The notes under the pieces were generated by a model, which did not search any database, was not told the origin of the DNA, and worked only from the letters and a program-made list of their open reading frames with translations. Positions 1 through 7,038 of a stretch of 45,149 nucleotides of DNA are shown in pieces. Positions within the stretch are counted from its first letter, which is position 1. Each line of letters starts with the position of its first letter. Made by a program: the position numbers and the translations under genes. The stretch lies in the IMG/VR virus record IMGVR_UViG_3300035492_000074, positions 1 through 45,149 of that record. One strand, given 5' to 3'. Source of the DNA: a virus.

Positions 1-127
1 GGTCGGTGCGCCTTGAGCAGGAACATGGTCAGCGGGTCGCTGTACTTGCGGACGTAGCCGACCTCGTCGCCCTTGTAGAACACCGGCTCCTCCGTGCCCT
101 GGAAGGCGCGCCGGTGGGCCTCAGCCT
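1..127. repeat. Terminal direct repeat, copy 1 (identical to 45023..45149); most likely a circular-assembly overlap
   Basis: Read base by base: 1..127 equals 45023..45149. The repeat lies inside a coding frame (terS) and has no end-specific structure. Confidence 0.9.
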
Positions 128-311
128 CGAGCATGTCGACCGCTTCGTTGATCGCTTCATCCCAGCGCTCAGCGAACAGGGCGTCGTCCTTGCGGTGCTT
201 GTAGACGGTGGCTGGCGAGATGCCGACCGAGCGCGCCGCCACGGTCACGTTGGCGGTCTCGCGTAGGGCGTCGAGAAAGGCGGCCTTGAGGCCTTCGGAG
301 AACACGGTCAT
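1..311 (-). CDS. terS: Terminase small subunit, N-terminal part (gene wraps across the window ends and continues at 44860..45149)
   Basis: ATG at 311 (complement). Translation is MTVFSEGLKAAFLDALRETANVTVAARSVGISPATVYKHRKDDALFAERWDEAINEAV..., an HTH N-terminus typical of small terminases. The frame runs off position 1 and joins ORF 44860..45105 in phase through the 127-bp overlap (total 157 aa). It lies directly upstream of terL. Confidence 0.75.
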   Translation of the reverse strand, partial: MTVFSEGLKAAFLDALRETANVTVAARSVGISPATVYKHRKDDALFAERWDEAINEAVDMLEAEAHRRAFQGTEEPVFYKGDEVGYVRKYSDPLTMFLLKAHR

Positions 312-323
312 GCAGAGAATGCT

Positions 324-357
324 GCACTGGGTTACGCAGGATATGCGCACCCAGTGC
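324..357 (-). promoter_or_regulatory. Stem-loop between the last left-arm accessory gene and terS (9-bp stem GCACTGGGT/ACCCAGTGC, 16-nt loop)
   Basis: Perfect 9-bp inverted repeat in the 57-nt gap between the stop at 369 and the terS ATG at 311. No U-tract follows, so it is not a canonical intrinsic terminator. Confidence 0.3.
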
Positions 358-368
358 GTGCGCTTGGC

Positions 369-983
369 CTAGCCTACCTTGCGCGCTCCCTTGCGTGTGC
401 GTGTGCGTGGCACCTTGAACCCGTGTTTGCGCTCAAGAGCATATAGGGTGCTGGACGAGATGCCTGCGTTCGCACAGATGTTGCCAACGCCTATCGTGCC
501 CTTGGCCAGCTCAGCCTTGACCTGGTTCAGCTGGGGCGTGTCGTCGAACCGGCGTTTCAGCAAGGCCACGGCTGCGGGCACGTCGGCCAGGTAGCCTTTG
601 ATGATGCGGCACACGAGGCCGTCGCTCACGCCCAAGGTCTTGGCCAACCACGCCCGGTTCTCTGCCGGTAGGTGGGCGCGGATACGGGCGGCCAGGTGCT
701 GGTCCCGGCGCAGCTTCGCACCTCGCGCCTTGGCCGTGTGCTTCCGACGCTGTTCCAGGCCGAACTTGCTGGTCGCCGTGATGGTGTAGGCGTGCGCGCC
801 GATATCGCTGGTCGCGTCTGCTGTGGCGCCAACCGGCACCTCGGTTATGGCGCCACCGTTGGCCAGGTACTCATGCACCTTCACCTCGAGGTCAGCCGCT
901 TCCTGCGGGCTTGGGCGCCCCGCCAGGAAGGCCCAGGCGTCGGCCGGGATGTGGATCGGCGCTTCTTCGATGAATGCGGTCAT
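369..983 (-). CDS. Hypothetical DNA-binding protein (two HTH-like segments)
   Basis: 204-aa ORF with GC-rich third positions and RBS AAGAGGA upstream of the ATG at 983. HTH-like stretches are RAWLAKTLGVSDGLVCRIIKG and IGVGNICANAGISSSTLYALERKHG, and the C-terminus is basic. Confidence 0.7.
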   Translation of the reverse strand: MTAFIEEAPIHIPADAWAFLAGRPSPQEAADLEVKVHEYLANGGAITEVPVGATADATSDIGAHAYTITATSKFGLEQRRKHTAKARGAKLRRDQHLAARIRAHLPAENRAWLAKTLGVSDGLVCRIIKGYLADVPAAVALLKRRFDDTPQLNQVKAELAKGTIGVGNICANAGISSSTLYALERKHGFKVPRTRTRKGARKVG

Positions 984-995
984 TGTCTTGTCCTC

Positions 996-1184
996 TTACT
1001 TTCGGCTGTATGCGCCGACGAATTCGGTAATCTCCGCCGAGAGATCCTGGGCCCGGACGCTGTAGTCGCGCGCCACGAACGGCTTGGCCTGCTTGAGCAG
1101 ATCGATGGCCGCCCTGAGCTGGCCTTCGATCCTGCGCTGCGCGGCCGACTTGATCATGCCTGATGGTGGGGTGAGTTCGTTCAT
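996..1184 (-). CDS. Hypothetical protein (62 aa)
   Basis: ATGA start/stop overlap with the upstream gene at 1181-1184, and coding-like third-position GC. Confidence 0.6.
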   Translation of the reverse strand: MNELTPPSGMIKSAAQRRIEGQLRAAIDLLKQAKPFVARDYSVRAQDLSAEITEFVGAYSRK

Positions 1185-1492
1185 TGCTTGGCCCTCCGCG
1201 ACTCTTTCATGCAGGCCACGATCACGATGGTCGAGGACTCCTCTGGCGTGACCGATGGGTTCTCGTAGATTGCCAGCATCAGCAACTCGATGCCGGTGTT
1301 GCCTTCGGCGTGCCCAAGCATCTCGGACAACGGGTAGCCGCTGTCGCGGCCCTCGGCGATGGACCTGGCCAGGTTGCCGGCCTCGACGCAGCTCTTGGTG
1401 CTGGCGTGAGCCGACGATACGTAGGCCAGGCCGTTGGCGGCAATGACAGTGGCAACCGCAGCTGCCGCGAACTTCAGACTTAACACTTTCAT
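1181..1492 (-). CDS. Hypothetical secreted protein (N-terminal signal peptide)
   Basis: RBS GAGGG lies 7 nt before the ATG at 1492. The N-terminus MKVLSLKFAAAAVATVIAANGLAYVSSAHA|ST looks like a Sec signal with an AxA cleavage site. Confidence 0.7.
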   Translation of the reverse strand: MKVLSLKFAAAAVATVIAANGLAYVSSAHASTKSCVEAGNLARSIAEGRDSGYPLSEMLGHAEGNTGIELLMLAIYENPSVTPEESSTIVIVACMKESRRAKQ

Positions 1493-1502
1493 GGTCGTAC
1501 CC

Positions 1503-1613
1503 TCAGTGGGTGGTGCGGATCAGGCAGTAGCGGCTGCCTTGGTCGGTGGTGAGCAGGATGACGCGCAGGGCTATCGAGCCTGGGCGCCATCCGCTCGGGG
1601 TCAGGGTGAGCAT
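1503..1613 (-). CDS. Possible small ORF (36 aa)
   Basis: ATG at 1613 lies 5 nt after the upstream stop, with GGAG 9 nt upstream. It fills the gap between two genes: MLTLTPSGWRPGSIALRVILLTTDQGSRYCLIRTTH. It is below the length cut-off of the ORF track and was translated by hand. Confidence 0.35.
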   Translation of the reverse strand: MLTLTPSGWRPGSIALRVILLTTDQGSRYCLIRTTH

Positions 1614-1617
1614 GGCA

Positions 1618-1767
1618 TCAGCTCCAGGCGCAGAGGCCGAAGACGGCATAGGCGATCACGAAGCCCGCGGCCACGATGATCGGGACGCACACCAGGGTGT
1701 GCAGGCGGGCGGCGCGGCGTGCCTCCTGCCGGCTGATGACGCAGATGCGGGTTGCTTGGTTCTTCAT
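1618..1767 (-). CDS. Small membrane protein (49 aa, one TM helix)
   Basis: Internal ATG at 1767 preceded by AAGAGGA. Sequence is MKNQATRICVISRQEARRAARLHTLVCVPIIVAAGFVIAYAVFGLCAWS. The longer 86-aa version has no RBS. Confidence 0.6.
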   Translation of the reverse strand: MKNQATRICVISRQEARRAARLHTLVCVPIIVAAGFVIAYAVFGLCAWS

Positions 1768-1814
1768 CGTTTGATCCTCTTTGGTGATGCCCGGCCGGAG
1801 CCGGGCGGATGGTT

Positions 1815-1997
1815 TCAGTTGGAGGCCAGATGCCAGCCGTTGCGGGCGAAGGCAGTGCGGCCAGACAGCTTTCGGCACTGGATCGAGCTGCCATCGACGA
1901 AGGTGTATTGGGTAGCATGATCCAGGCGCTCGCGGCGAACGGCAGCAGCGGCGATTTCATTCAACGGCGCGGTCAGGAGTTGTTCGGCTTTGGTCAT
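1815..1997 (-). CDS. Hypothetical protein (60 aa)
   Basis: ATG at 1997 with GAGAGG 8 nt upstream. A GTG at 2006 is an alternative start. Confidence 0.55.
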   Translation of the reverse strand: MTKAEQLLTAPLNEIAAAAVRRERLDHATQYTFVDGSSIQCRKLSGRTAFARNGWHLASN

Positions 1998-2044
1998 CTT
2001 GTTCACCTCTCAGTCGCTTAGGGTTCTTGATCTTGCTGAATTGC

Positions 2045-2073
2045 AGTTAAGCACTTGCTGAATTACTTGTCCA
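2045..2073 (-). promoter_or_regulatory. Putative sigma70-like promoter containing the phage palindromic element (TGGACA-17-TTAACT)
   Basis: The minus strand reads TGGACA AGTAATTCAGCAAGTGC TTAACT. The spacer carries TTCAGCAAGTGCTTAAC, related to TTTAGCAnnTGCTAAAC at 7404, 7488, 10911 and 14956. An 11-bp direct repeat CTTGCTGAATT occurs at 2032-2042 and 2054-2064. Confidence 0.4.
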
Positions 2074-2350
2074 CAGGGTTTTCAGTCCGTTCGTCGGTCA
2101 GCGCCACCTTCTTCCACCGATCCGGGCGCTGCCATCGGCGCCGGTAGCGGCAGATGTCACGGATGGTCGACTTGCTGCACTCGAACTTCTCGGCCAGCGC
2201 CTCGTAGGTGAGCTTGTGCTCCTCCCGCAGCTCGCGGATCAGGTCGACGTCATGGTCGGTCAGCTTCGCCCGATGGTGGGTTTCGCCGACCCTGGAACCG
2301 AACTCGCTGATTCCTACGAGTTTGTAGTTCTGTGCGGATTCGCATTTCAT
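2063..2350 (-). CDS. HTH DNA-binding protein resembling the C-terminal DNA-binding tail of HNH_3-type homing endonucleases (no HNH core)
   Basis: 95 aa. The stretch ...GETHHRAKLTDHDVDLIRELREEHKLTYEALAEKFECSKSTIRDICRYRRRW parallels ...GTGIPQAKLTDQQVQEILWLRGLKTQREVAKLYGVSQSLVSLLQSGKSRRHL of the HNH gene at 10445..10915. Confidence 0.65.
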   Translation of the reverse strand: MKCESAQNYKLVGISEFGSRVGETHHRAKLTDHDVDLIRELREEHKLTYEALAEKFECSKSTIRDICRYRRRWQRPDRWKKVALTDERTENPVDK

Positions 2351-2378
2351 GCGCGTTTCCTCCTCGCCAGGTGCCGGG

Positions 2379-2657
2379 TGCTACCGATGTGGTCGGTAGC
2401 GGCTGCAGCCCAGAGCCGGTGCGGGTTACAGCCCGATCCCAAGCCCTCTGCTACCTCCGCTACCGATGCTTTCACATCGTATTCCCCTGGGGCACTACTA
2501 CTGGATATCCAACCAGTGGTATTTTCTACTAGCTCTCCCCTTGAATTACTAGGAGGTAGCGGAGGTAGCGGCGGCCGAAACCCCCGCCAGCTCTGGGCTG
2601 CAGCCGCTACCGATCCTCCCGTGCAGGTGGTTACGAGGTGGTTACGAGGTGGTAGCG
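2379..2657. repeat. Nested inverted repeats plus iteron-like GGTAGCGG copies around a lower-GC core; candidate replication origin
   Basis: There is a 24-bp perfect inverted repeat (2393-2416 / 2590-2613) and an inner 15-bp inverted repeat GGTAGCGGAGGTAGC (2450-2464 / 2555-2569). At least 6 copies of (C)GGTAGCG(G) occur in both orientations. An 11-bp tandem AGGTGGTTACG is present x2.9 (2625-2657). The central ~90 bp has about 46% GC by hand count. The region lies directly downstream of the primase-helicase gene. Confidence 0.5.
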
Positions 2658-2702
2658 CGGCCTCCTGCCGCGCGTTCGCCAATCTCGCAAAAAGCAACGA
2701 GT

Positions 2703-4895
2703 TCATTCCTTCACCCACACTTTCACGTTGCGCCCACCCACCCGACGCACCCGACGCTCATACCCAAGCGCTGCCAGCACCGAGCCCAAGCGCATCTCAT
2801 CCCCACGTTTGATCCCCTTCGGGTCCATCCGCAGCGCGCCCACCATGATCTCGTGCGAGTGCAGCGGCCGATCACCGTTATGGCTCTCAGTCAGGTCGTC
2901 GAACTCGGCCAGCCACTCGCGCACCACCTCCTCCCAGCTGTCGGTGATCCGGTACTGGTCGTGCTCTGCACCGGCTAGACGTTCGGCCTCCTGCCACAGC
3001 ACGCCGCACGCCGTCCACCGCTCGCGGGCCTCGGCCCACAGCTGCAGCCTGTCGCGCTCGACCGCGCCCACGTCGGCCTTCGGAGCATCCTCGCCCACAT
3101 CGACACCGGCGCACTCCAGCGGCAGCCACCGGCGATTGCCCGTGTCATCGGCCAGGAACTCATGCCGGTTGGTGGTGCCGATGAACAGCAGCCGGCGGGG
3201 GAAGTTGGTGGCGAACTCGCGGTACTTGGGAATCCAGTTCTCGTAGCGGCGGGTGATGAACGCCTTGACGGCCTCCACCTCGCGGTTGTGCAAGCCCTTC
3301 AGCTCGCCCAGCTCCGCCACGAGCTTGCCGCGCATCAGCCTCGACATGTCGTCATCGCGCACCGACAGGTCCAGCTCGGTGAAGAAGTCGTGGTGCGGCA
3401 CGATGGCGGCCACCGCCGACGACTTGCGCAGGCCCTGCGGGCCTCGCAGGATCGGCACCATGTCCGCCTTGCAGCCTGGGTCGAGCACGCGCCCAGCCAG
3501 CGCCGTCCAGGTGTACAGGCCAACCGCCCGAGCGTAGGGCGTGTCCTCGGTGCCGAACACCCGCGGGTAGAACGTCTCGATGCGCTCGACGCCATCCCAG
3601 GCAGGCACCTCGTTCTCCAGCCACAGCTGGGCGCTATCGAAGCGGTTCTCGTCAGCCCGCAGGCCGACCGCCTCCTTCAGCAGCTCCACGCCCAGCGCCA
3701 GGCCCTTGCCCTCGAGCTGCAGCCGCAGCCTGGCGTAGTCGGCGTCGCGGAAGGCACGCCACTCGGTCTTGCCGGCCGGCGTCAGCATCAGCTCATCGCG
3801 GAACTGGTCCTGCGCGATGTCCACCCCGCACCAGGCCGGCGCCCTGAGCGCCAGCATGGCGTTGCGCAGGTTGGTGAGGATCTTGCCGCTCTCCGGGTTG
3901 CGCACGAACATCGGCATCTCGCCGGGGTTCTCGACCTCGCCCTCTGGCGTCTCGACGATCTCGAACTGGGCAGCCACAGCGCCGATGGCCTCGATGAAGT
4001 CACCGTCGTTGCGGTTGGTGCAGTGTGCGTGCAGGCACTTGAAGTGCCCCCGATCGAATCCGCCCACGCCCTTGGGCATGTACTGGGTGGCGGTGTCGTC
4101 AGCGCTCGGGCCTGAGTGCTCGTGCTCGAACGGACAGGTGATGTTCAGGCGGCCGTCGTGCGACTCGCTGAGCACCCATCCGTTGTCGGCCAGGAAGGTG
4201 GCCACGTCATCCTCGACGTCCACCTGGCGCCGCGCCTCGCGCAGCGCTCGGCCCTCGCCCAGCACGACCACCTCCTCGGTGGCGAACTTGTGCATCAGCT
4301 CGGCCCAGCAGGCCTCGAACGCCTCGACGCTGACCTCCGGGAAGTCGTACGGCGTGCCGTCCGCCCACTCGTAGCGCGCACCCTTTGGGTGAGTGCCGCA
4401 GGCGATGAACTGCTGCCCGCCGGCCAGGAACTCGATGGCGCCGTTGGCGGTCTTCAGGATGCGCTTGGTGAAGCTGCCGGGTAGCGTGAACGCCATCAGG
4501 CACTTGGCACTGTCGCCGCGCGTGCGGGTAGGCAGCTCACCCAGGTGCCGGCCGACGATCTCGACGATGCGGCGCACGGTGTCCGCATCGTCAACGTCCA
4601 CATCGAGCGCCCGCACGACGCGAGTCTGGATGCAAATGCCGAGATCCGGGTTGTTCTGCCAGCGGTCGATGTCTCGCGCGGTGCTGGTCTTGAGCGTCCA
4701 CTTCGCGATGCCCACCACCTCGCCGTTGCCGTTGAACAGGCTGGGCACCTTGCCCAAGGCTTTGAGCTTGGAGTCTGGCGAGACCCGCGCCCCAGGGTTG
4801 GAGACCACAGGCAACAGGTCTTCGGTCAGTCCGGCGACGTCGGCGAGCATGGCCCAGTCATCCGGTGTTGCGCCCCACTGCTTAGAACTGGTCAT
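2703..4895 (-). CDS. Bifunctional DNA primase-polymerase / VirE(D5)-type helicase
   Basis: 730 aa. The N-terminal prim-pol-like region has the acidic motif VRALDVDVDD. A Zn-binding stretch reads CPFEHEHSG...GHFKCLHAHC. The C-terminal VirE-like region has the P-loop ILRGPQGLRKSS. Confidence 0.85.
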   Translation of the reverse strand: MTSSKQWGATPDDWAMLADVAGLTEDLLPVVSNPGARVSPDSKLKALGKVPSLFNGNGEVVGIAKWTLKTSTARDIDRWQNNPDLGICIQTRVVRALDVDVDDADTVRRIVEIVGRHLGELPTRTRGDSAKCLMAFTLPGSFTKRILKTANGAIEFLAGGQQFIACGTHPKGARYEWADGTPYDFPEVSVEAFEACWAELMHKFATEEVVVLGEGRALREARRQVDVEDDVATFLADNGWVLSESHDGRLNITCPFEHEHSGPSADDTATQYMPKGVGGFDRGHFKCLHAHCTNRNDGDFIEAIGAVAAQFEIVETPEGEVENPGEMPMFVRNPESGKILTNLRNAMLALRAPAWCGVDIAQDQFRDELMLTPAGKTEWRAFRDADYARLRLQLEGKGLALGVELLKEAVGLRADENRFDSAQLWLENEVPAWDGVERIETFYPRVFGTEDTPYARAVGLYTWTALAGRVLDPGCKADMVPILRGPQGLRKSSAVAAIVPHHDFFTELDLSVRDDDMSRLMRGKLVAELGELKGLHNREVEAVKAFITRRYENWIPKYREFATNFPRRLLFIGTTNRHEFLADDTGNRRWLPLECAGVDVGEDAPKADVGAVERDRLQLWAEARERWTACGVLWQEAERLAGAEHDQYRITDSWEEVVREWLAEFDDLTESHNGDRPLHSHEIMVGALRMDPKGIKRGDEMRLGSVLAALGYERRVRRVGGRNVKVWVKE

Positions 4896-5071
4896 TCATC
4901 GGCACCCCGCTGCTGCGAGTGGACAACAGGCAGGGCGGGGTTGTAGGTGATCGCCTTGACGATCTGGCCGTCGCAGATCTCCCAGGCCACGACGGTAAGG
5001 CCGTCGGCCGTGAGGGTGCCAGGCGCGGCGGGAACGATTGTTGACTTCGGTTTGTGACTAGAAGGTTGCAT
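4892..5071 (-). CDS. Hypothetical protein (59 aa), translationally coupled to the primase gene
   Basis: Translated by hand: MQPSSHKPKSTIVPAAPGTLTADGLTVVAWEICDGQIVKAITYNPALPVVHSQQRGADE. GAGG lies 9 nt upstream of the ATG at 5071. The stop overlaps the primase start as ATGA (4892-4895). Confidence 0.55.
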   Translation of the reverse strand: MQPSSHKPKSTIVPAAPGTLTADGLTVVAWEICDGQIVKAITYNPALPVVHSQQRGADE

Positions 5072-5120
5072 ATCTGCTGCCTCGTTTTTGGGCTTGATGG
5101 GGTGAAGCGGGGGTAGAAAC

Positions 5121-5152
5121 TAGCGCTCGCTCATACCGTTGAGCAAGCGCTA
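5121..5152 (-). terminator. Stem-loop downstream of the RNR gene (possible weak terminator or attenuator)
   Basis: 12-bp stem with one mismatch (TAGCGCTCGCTC / GAGCAAGCGCTA) and an 8-nt loop. It is followed on the minus strand by GTTTCT only, which is a poor U-tract. Confidence 0.35.
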
Positions 5153-5166
5153 AAAGGGTTATCGGA

Positions 5167-7038
5167 TCAGCGCACCTCGCAGGCGCCTCCCGCGCACGCC
5201 AGCTCGCCGGTCAGGTTGGTGTTGTCCTCGATCTCGAGCACCTGGCTCAGGTCGATAGCATGCAGGTGCTGCATCCGCTCGTGATATTCGGCCTCGGTGA
5301 TGTCCTCGAAAGGCGCCTGGGTGTAGGTGCCGCCGTCATAAGGCAGAACGCTGATCCCGTTGTAGGTGTGGCGGTTGTCCCACATCCAGCGCCCCACCTC
5401 CGGCCACTCGTCGTCGCGCACGCTGATCGTGCAGCTCACGTTATGTGTGTTCGCCCCGTCGGCATGGCCGGCGCGGACCCACTCGGTGTTGAACCGGCGA
5501 ACGCGCTCGAGCAGATCCGCTGGCGACTCGTCACGGAGGATCGCCCCGGCCGGCGCGCGCTGCGGGATCTCGATCACCGCCTGGTCGTGCGGGCGGAAGT
5601 GCTCGTCCACCACCAGCGCAGGGCACTCGCTGGCCAGGTAGCGGTAGATCGCCTCGTTCTTGCCCACGCGGATGCGGCGCAGGTAGAAGTCGTTGTGCCA
5701 GGCGTGGATGCCCGACGAGCTACCCAGCACCAGCGAGGAGGTGCCGGCCGGCTTGACGGTGGTCGTGCGCGCGGCGCTGTTGATGCCGATCTGCTGCGCG
5801 ACATAGATGTTGGTGTCGCGCACTACCTGCGCCGCCTTCTCCAGATCCAGGCCGAGCACCGCACCGGAGCCTATGCCGGTCATGCCCACACCGATCAGGG
5901 CGTCGCGCTCGGTGGTCTCCTTGACGATCGGACGCAGGTAGTGGAAGTTGGTGTAGCCCGCCTGCAGGGTGCCGATCACCGAGGCGGCGAAGGCGCGCGC
6001 CTCGAGGTCATCCTGGTCGACGATGTCGTCCGCGTTGATCTCGGTCAAATTGCAGAATTGGTGCGGGCGCAGGCCTATTTCGCAGCAGGGGTTAGTTCCC
6101 CAGTCCAGGTCGTTGGTCCAGTACACGCCAGGCTCGCCGGCACCGGACTCCTCGACCCGCGCCCAGAGCTTCAGGAACTCGGCCTCTGTCACCTCGCCAC
6201 GCGGCAGCACCGCGCTGTTGTTTGCGCGGCCACGCTGCGGGTTGAGTTCCCACCAGGCGCCGGACTTGCATGCGAGCATCTCTTCGTCGTTGCGGTCGAA
6301 CAGGCTGATCATCGCCGCGCGGCGAATCCCACCGGCCAGGACGGCGTCAGCGATGTGGCACATCATGTCGTGGACGTTGATCGGCTCGAGCTTGGTGCCA
6401 GCGCCGTGCGCGTCCAGGTGGGCGTCGAGCACCTTGCGCAGGTTGTGCAGGCAGTCGTGCAGCGGCTGCGGGCCGGGGGCCTTGCCGCCGGATGTGATCA
6501 GTCGGGCGCCCTTGGGGCGGATGTCGGAGAAGTCGAATTCCGGGTTGGCCTTGCCCTCGAAATAGGCCTCGATCAGCACCTTGACCGCATCAGCCCAGCC
6601 CTCGATGGAGTCGCCCACCACATACCGGCGGGAACGCGCGCTCGGGCCGAGCACCGGCGGGAGCTGGCGGACGTGACGCCACTGCACCGAGTAGCCCACC
6701 CCGGAGCCGCCCAGCAGCAGGAACATCGACTCACTGAAGGCATCGATGTGGTCGATGGGGTGGTAGAAGCAATTGAAAATCCGGTTCGGCGCCAGCTCGA
6801 TCGGGCGGCCGCCGAACTGCAGGCTGCGCATCGACGGCAGCACCTTCTTGGGGCGCACGAAGTCGCGATAGACCTGGCGGATCAGCGGGGCGATCTGCGG
6901 GTAGCGCTTGACGTGCATCGCGCAGTTGCGGTCGACGATCTCGTCCCAGGTCTCACGCCGGCCCAGCTCTGGGACGTACTTGGCGTATTTCATGTGAACA
7001 GTGATCGCACTCGCGATCTCAACAGACACGTCTTTCAT
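5167..7038 (-). CDS. nrdJ: Class II (adenosylcobalamin-dependent) ribonucleotide reductase, monomeric RTPR-like
   Basis: 623 aa. Active-site-like TNPCCEIGL and the glycine-rich segment LLLGGSGVGYS are present. A C-terminal redox pair CAGGAC (C-x4-C) occurs at the extreme C-terminus, as in RTPR-type enzymes. Confidence 0.75.
   Translation of the reverse strand: MKDVSVEIASAITVHMKYAKYVPELGRRETWDEIVDRNCAMHVKRYPQIAPLIRQVYRDFVRPKKVLPSMRSLQFGGRPIELAPNRIFNCFYHPIDHIDAFSESMFLLLGGSGVGYSVQWRHVRQLPPVLGPSARSRRYVVGDSIEGWADAVKVLIEAYFEGKANPEFDFSDIRPKGARLITSGGKAPGPQPLHDCLHNLRKVLDAHLDAHGAGTKLEPINVHDMMCHIADAVLAGGIRRAAMISLFDRNDEEMLACKSGAWWELNPQRGRANNSAVLPRGEVTEAEFLKLWARVEESGAGEPGVYWTNDLDWGTNPCCEIGLRPHQFCNLTEINADDIVDQDDLEARAFAASVIGTLQAGYTNFHYLRPIVKETTERDALIGVGMTGIGSGAVLGLDLEKAAQVVRDTNIYVAQQIGINSAARTTTVKPAGTSSLVLGSSSGIHAWHNDFYLRRIRVGKNEAIYRYLASECPALVVDEHFRPHDQAVIEIPQRAPAGAILRDESPADLLERVRRFNTEWVRAGHADGANTHNVSCTISVRDDEWPEVGRWMWDNRHTYNGISVLPYDGGTYTQAPFEDITEAEYHERMQHLHAIDLSQVLEIEDNTNLTGELACAGGACEVR

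Noticed and set aside
1-127. The 127-bp end identity as a biological direct terminal repeat or cos-flanking repeat
   Set aside because: It falls inside the terS coding frame with no end-associated structure, and its length equals a typical assembler k-mer. It is treated as a circularisation overlap unless read-terminus data say otherwise.
2347-2718. 123-aa minus-strand ORF spanning the repeat-rich region, annotated as a normal CDS
   Set aside because: It is not called as a feature. Its codon usage is A/T-ending and unlike all neighbours, its product is low-complexity, and the DNA is dominated by long inverted repeats. The ATGA overlaps at both ends keep it alive as an alternative, which is discussed in the findings.
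5121-5152. A sixth copy of the promoter palindrome (TTTAGCGCTTGCTCAAC on the minus strand)
   Set aside because: The resemblance is partial and there is no acceptable -35 or -10 at the right spacing. The sequence is better explained as one arm of a 12-bp hairpin downstream of the RNR gene.
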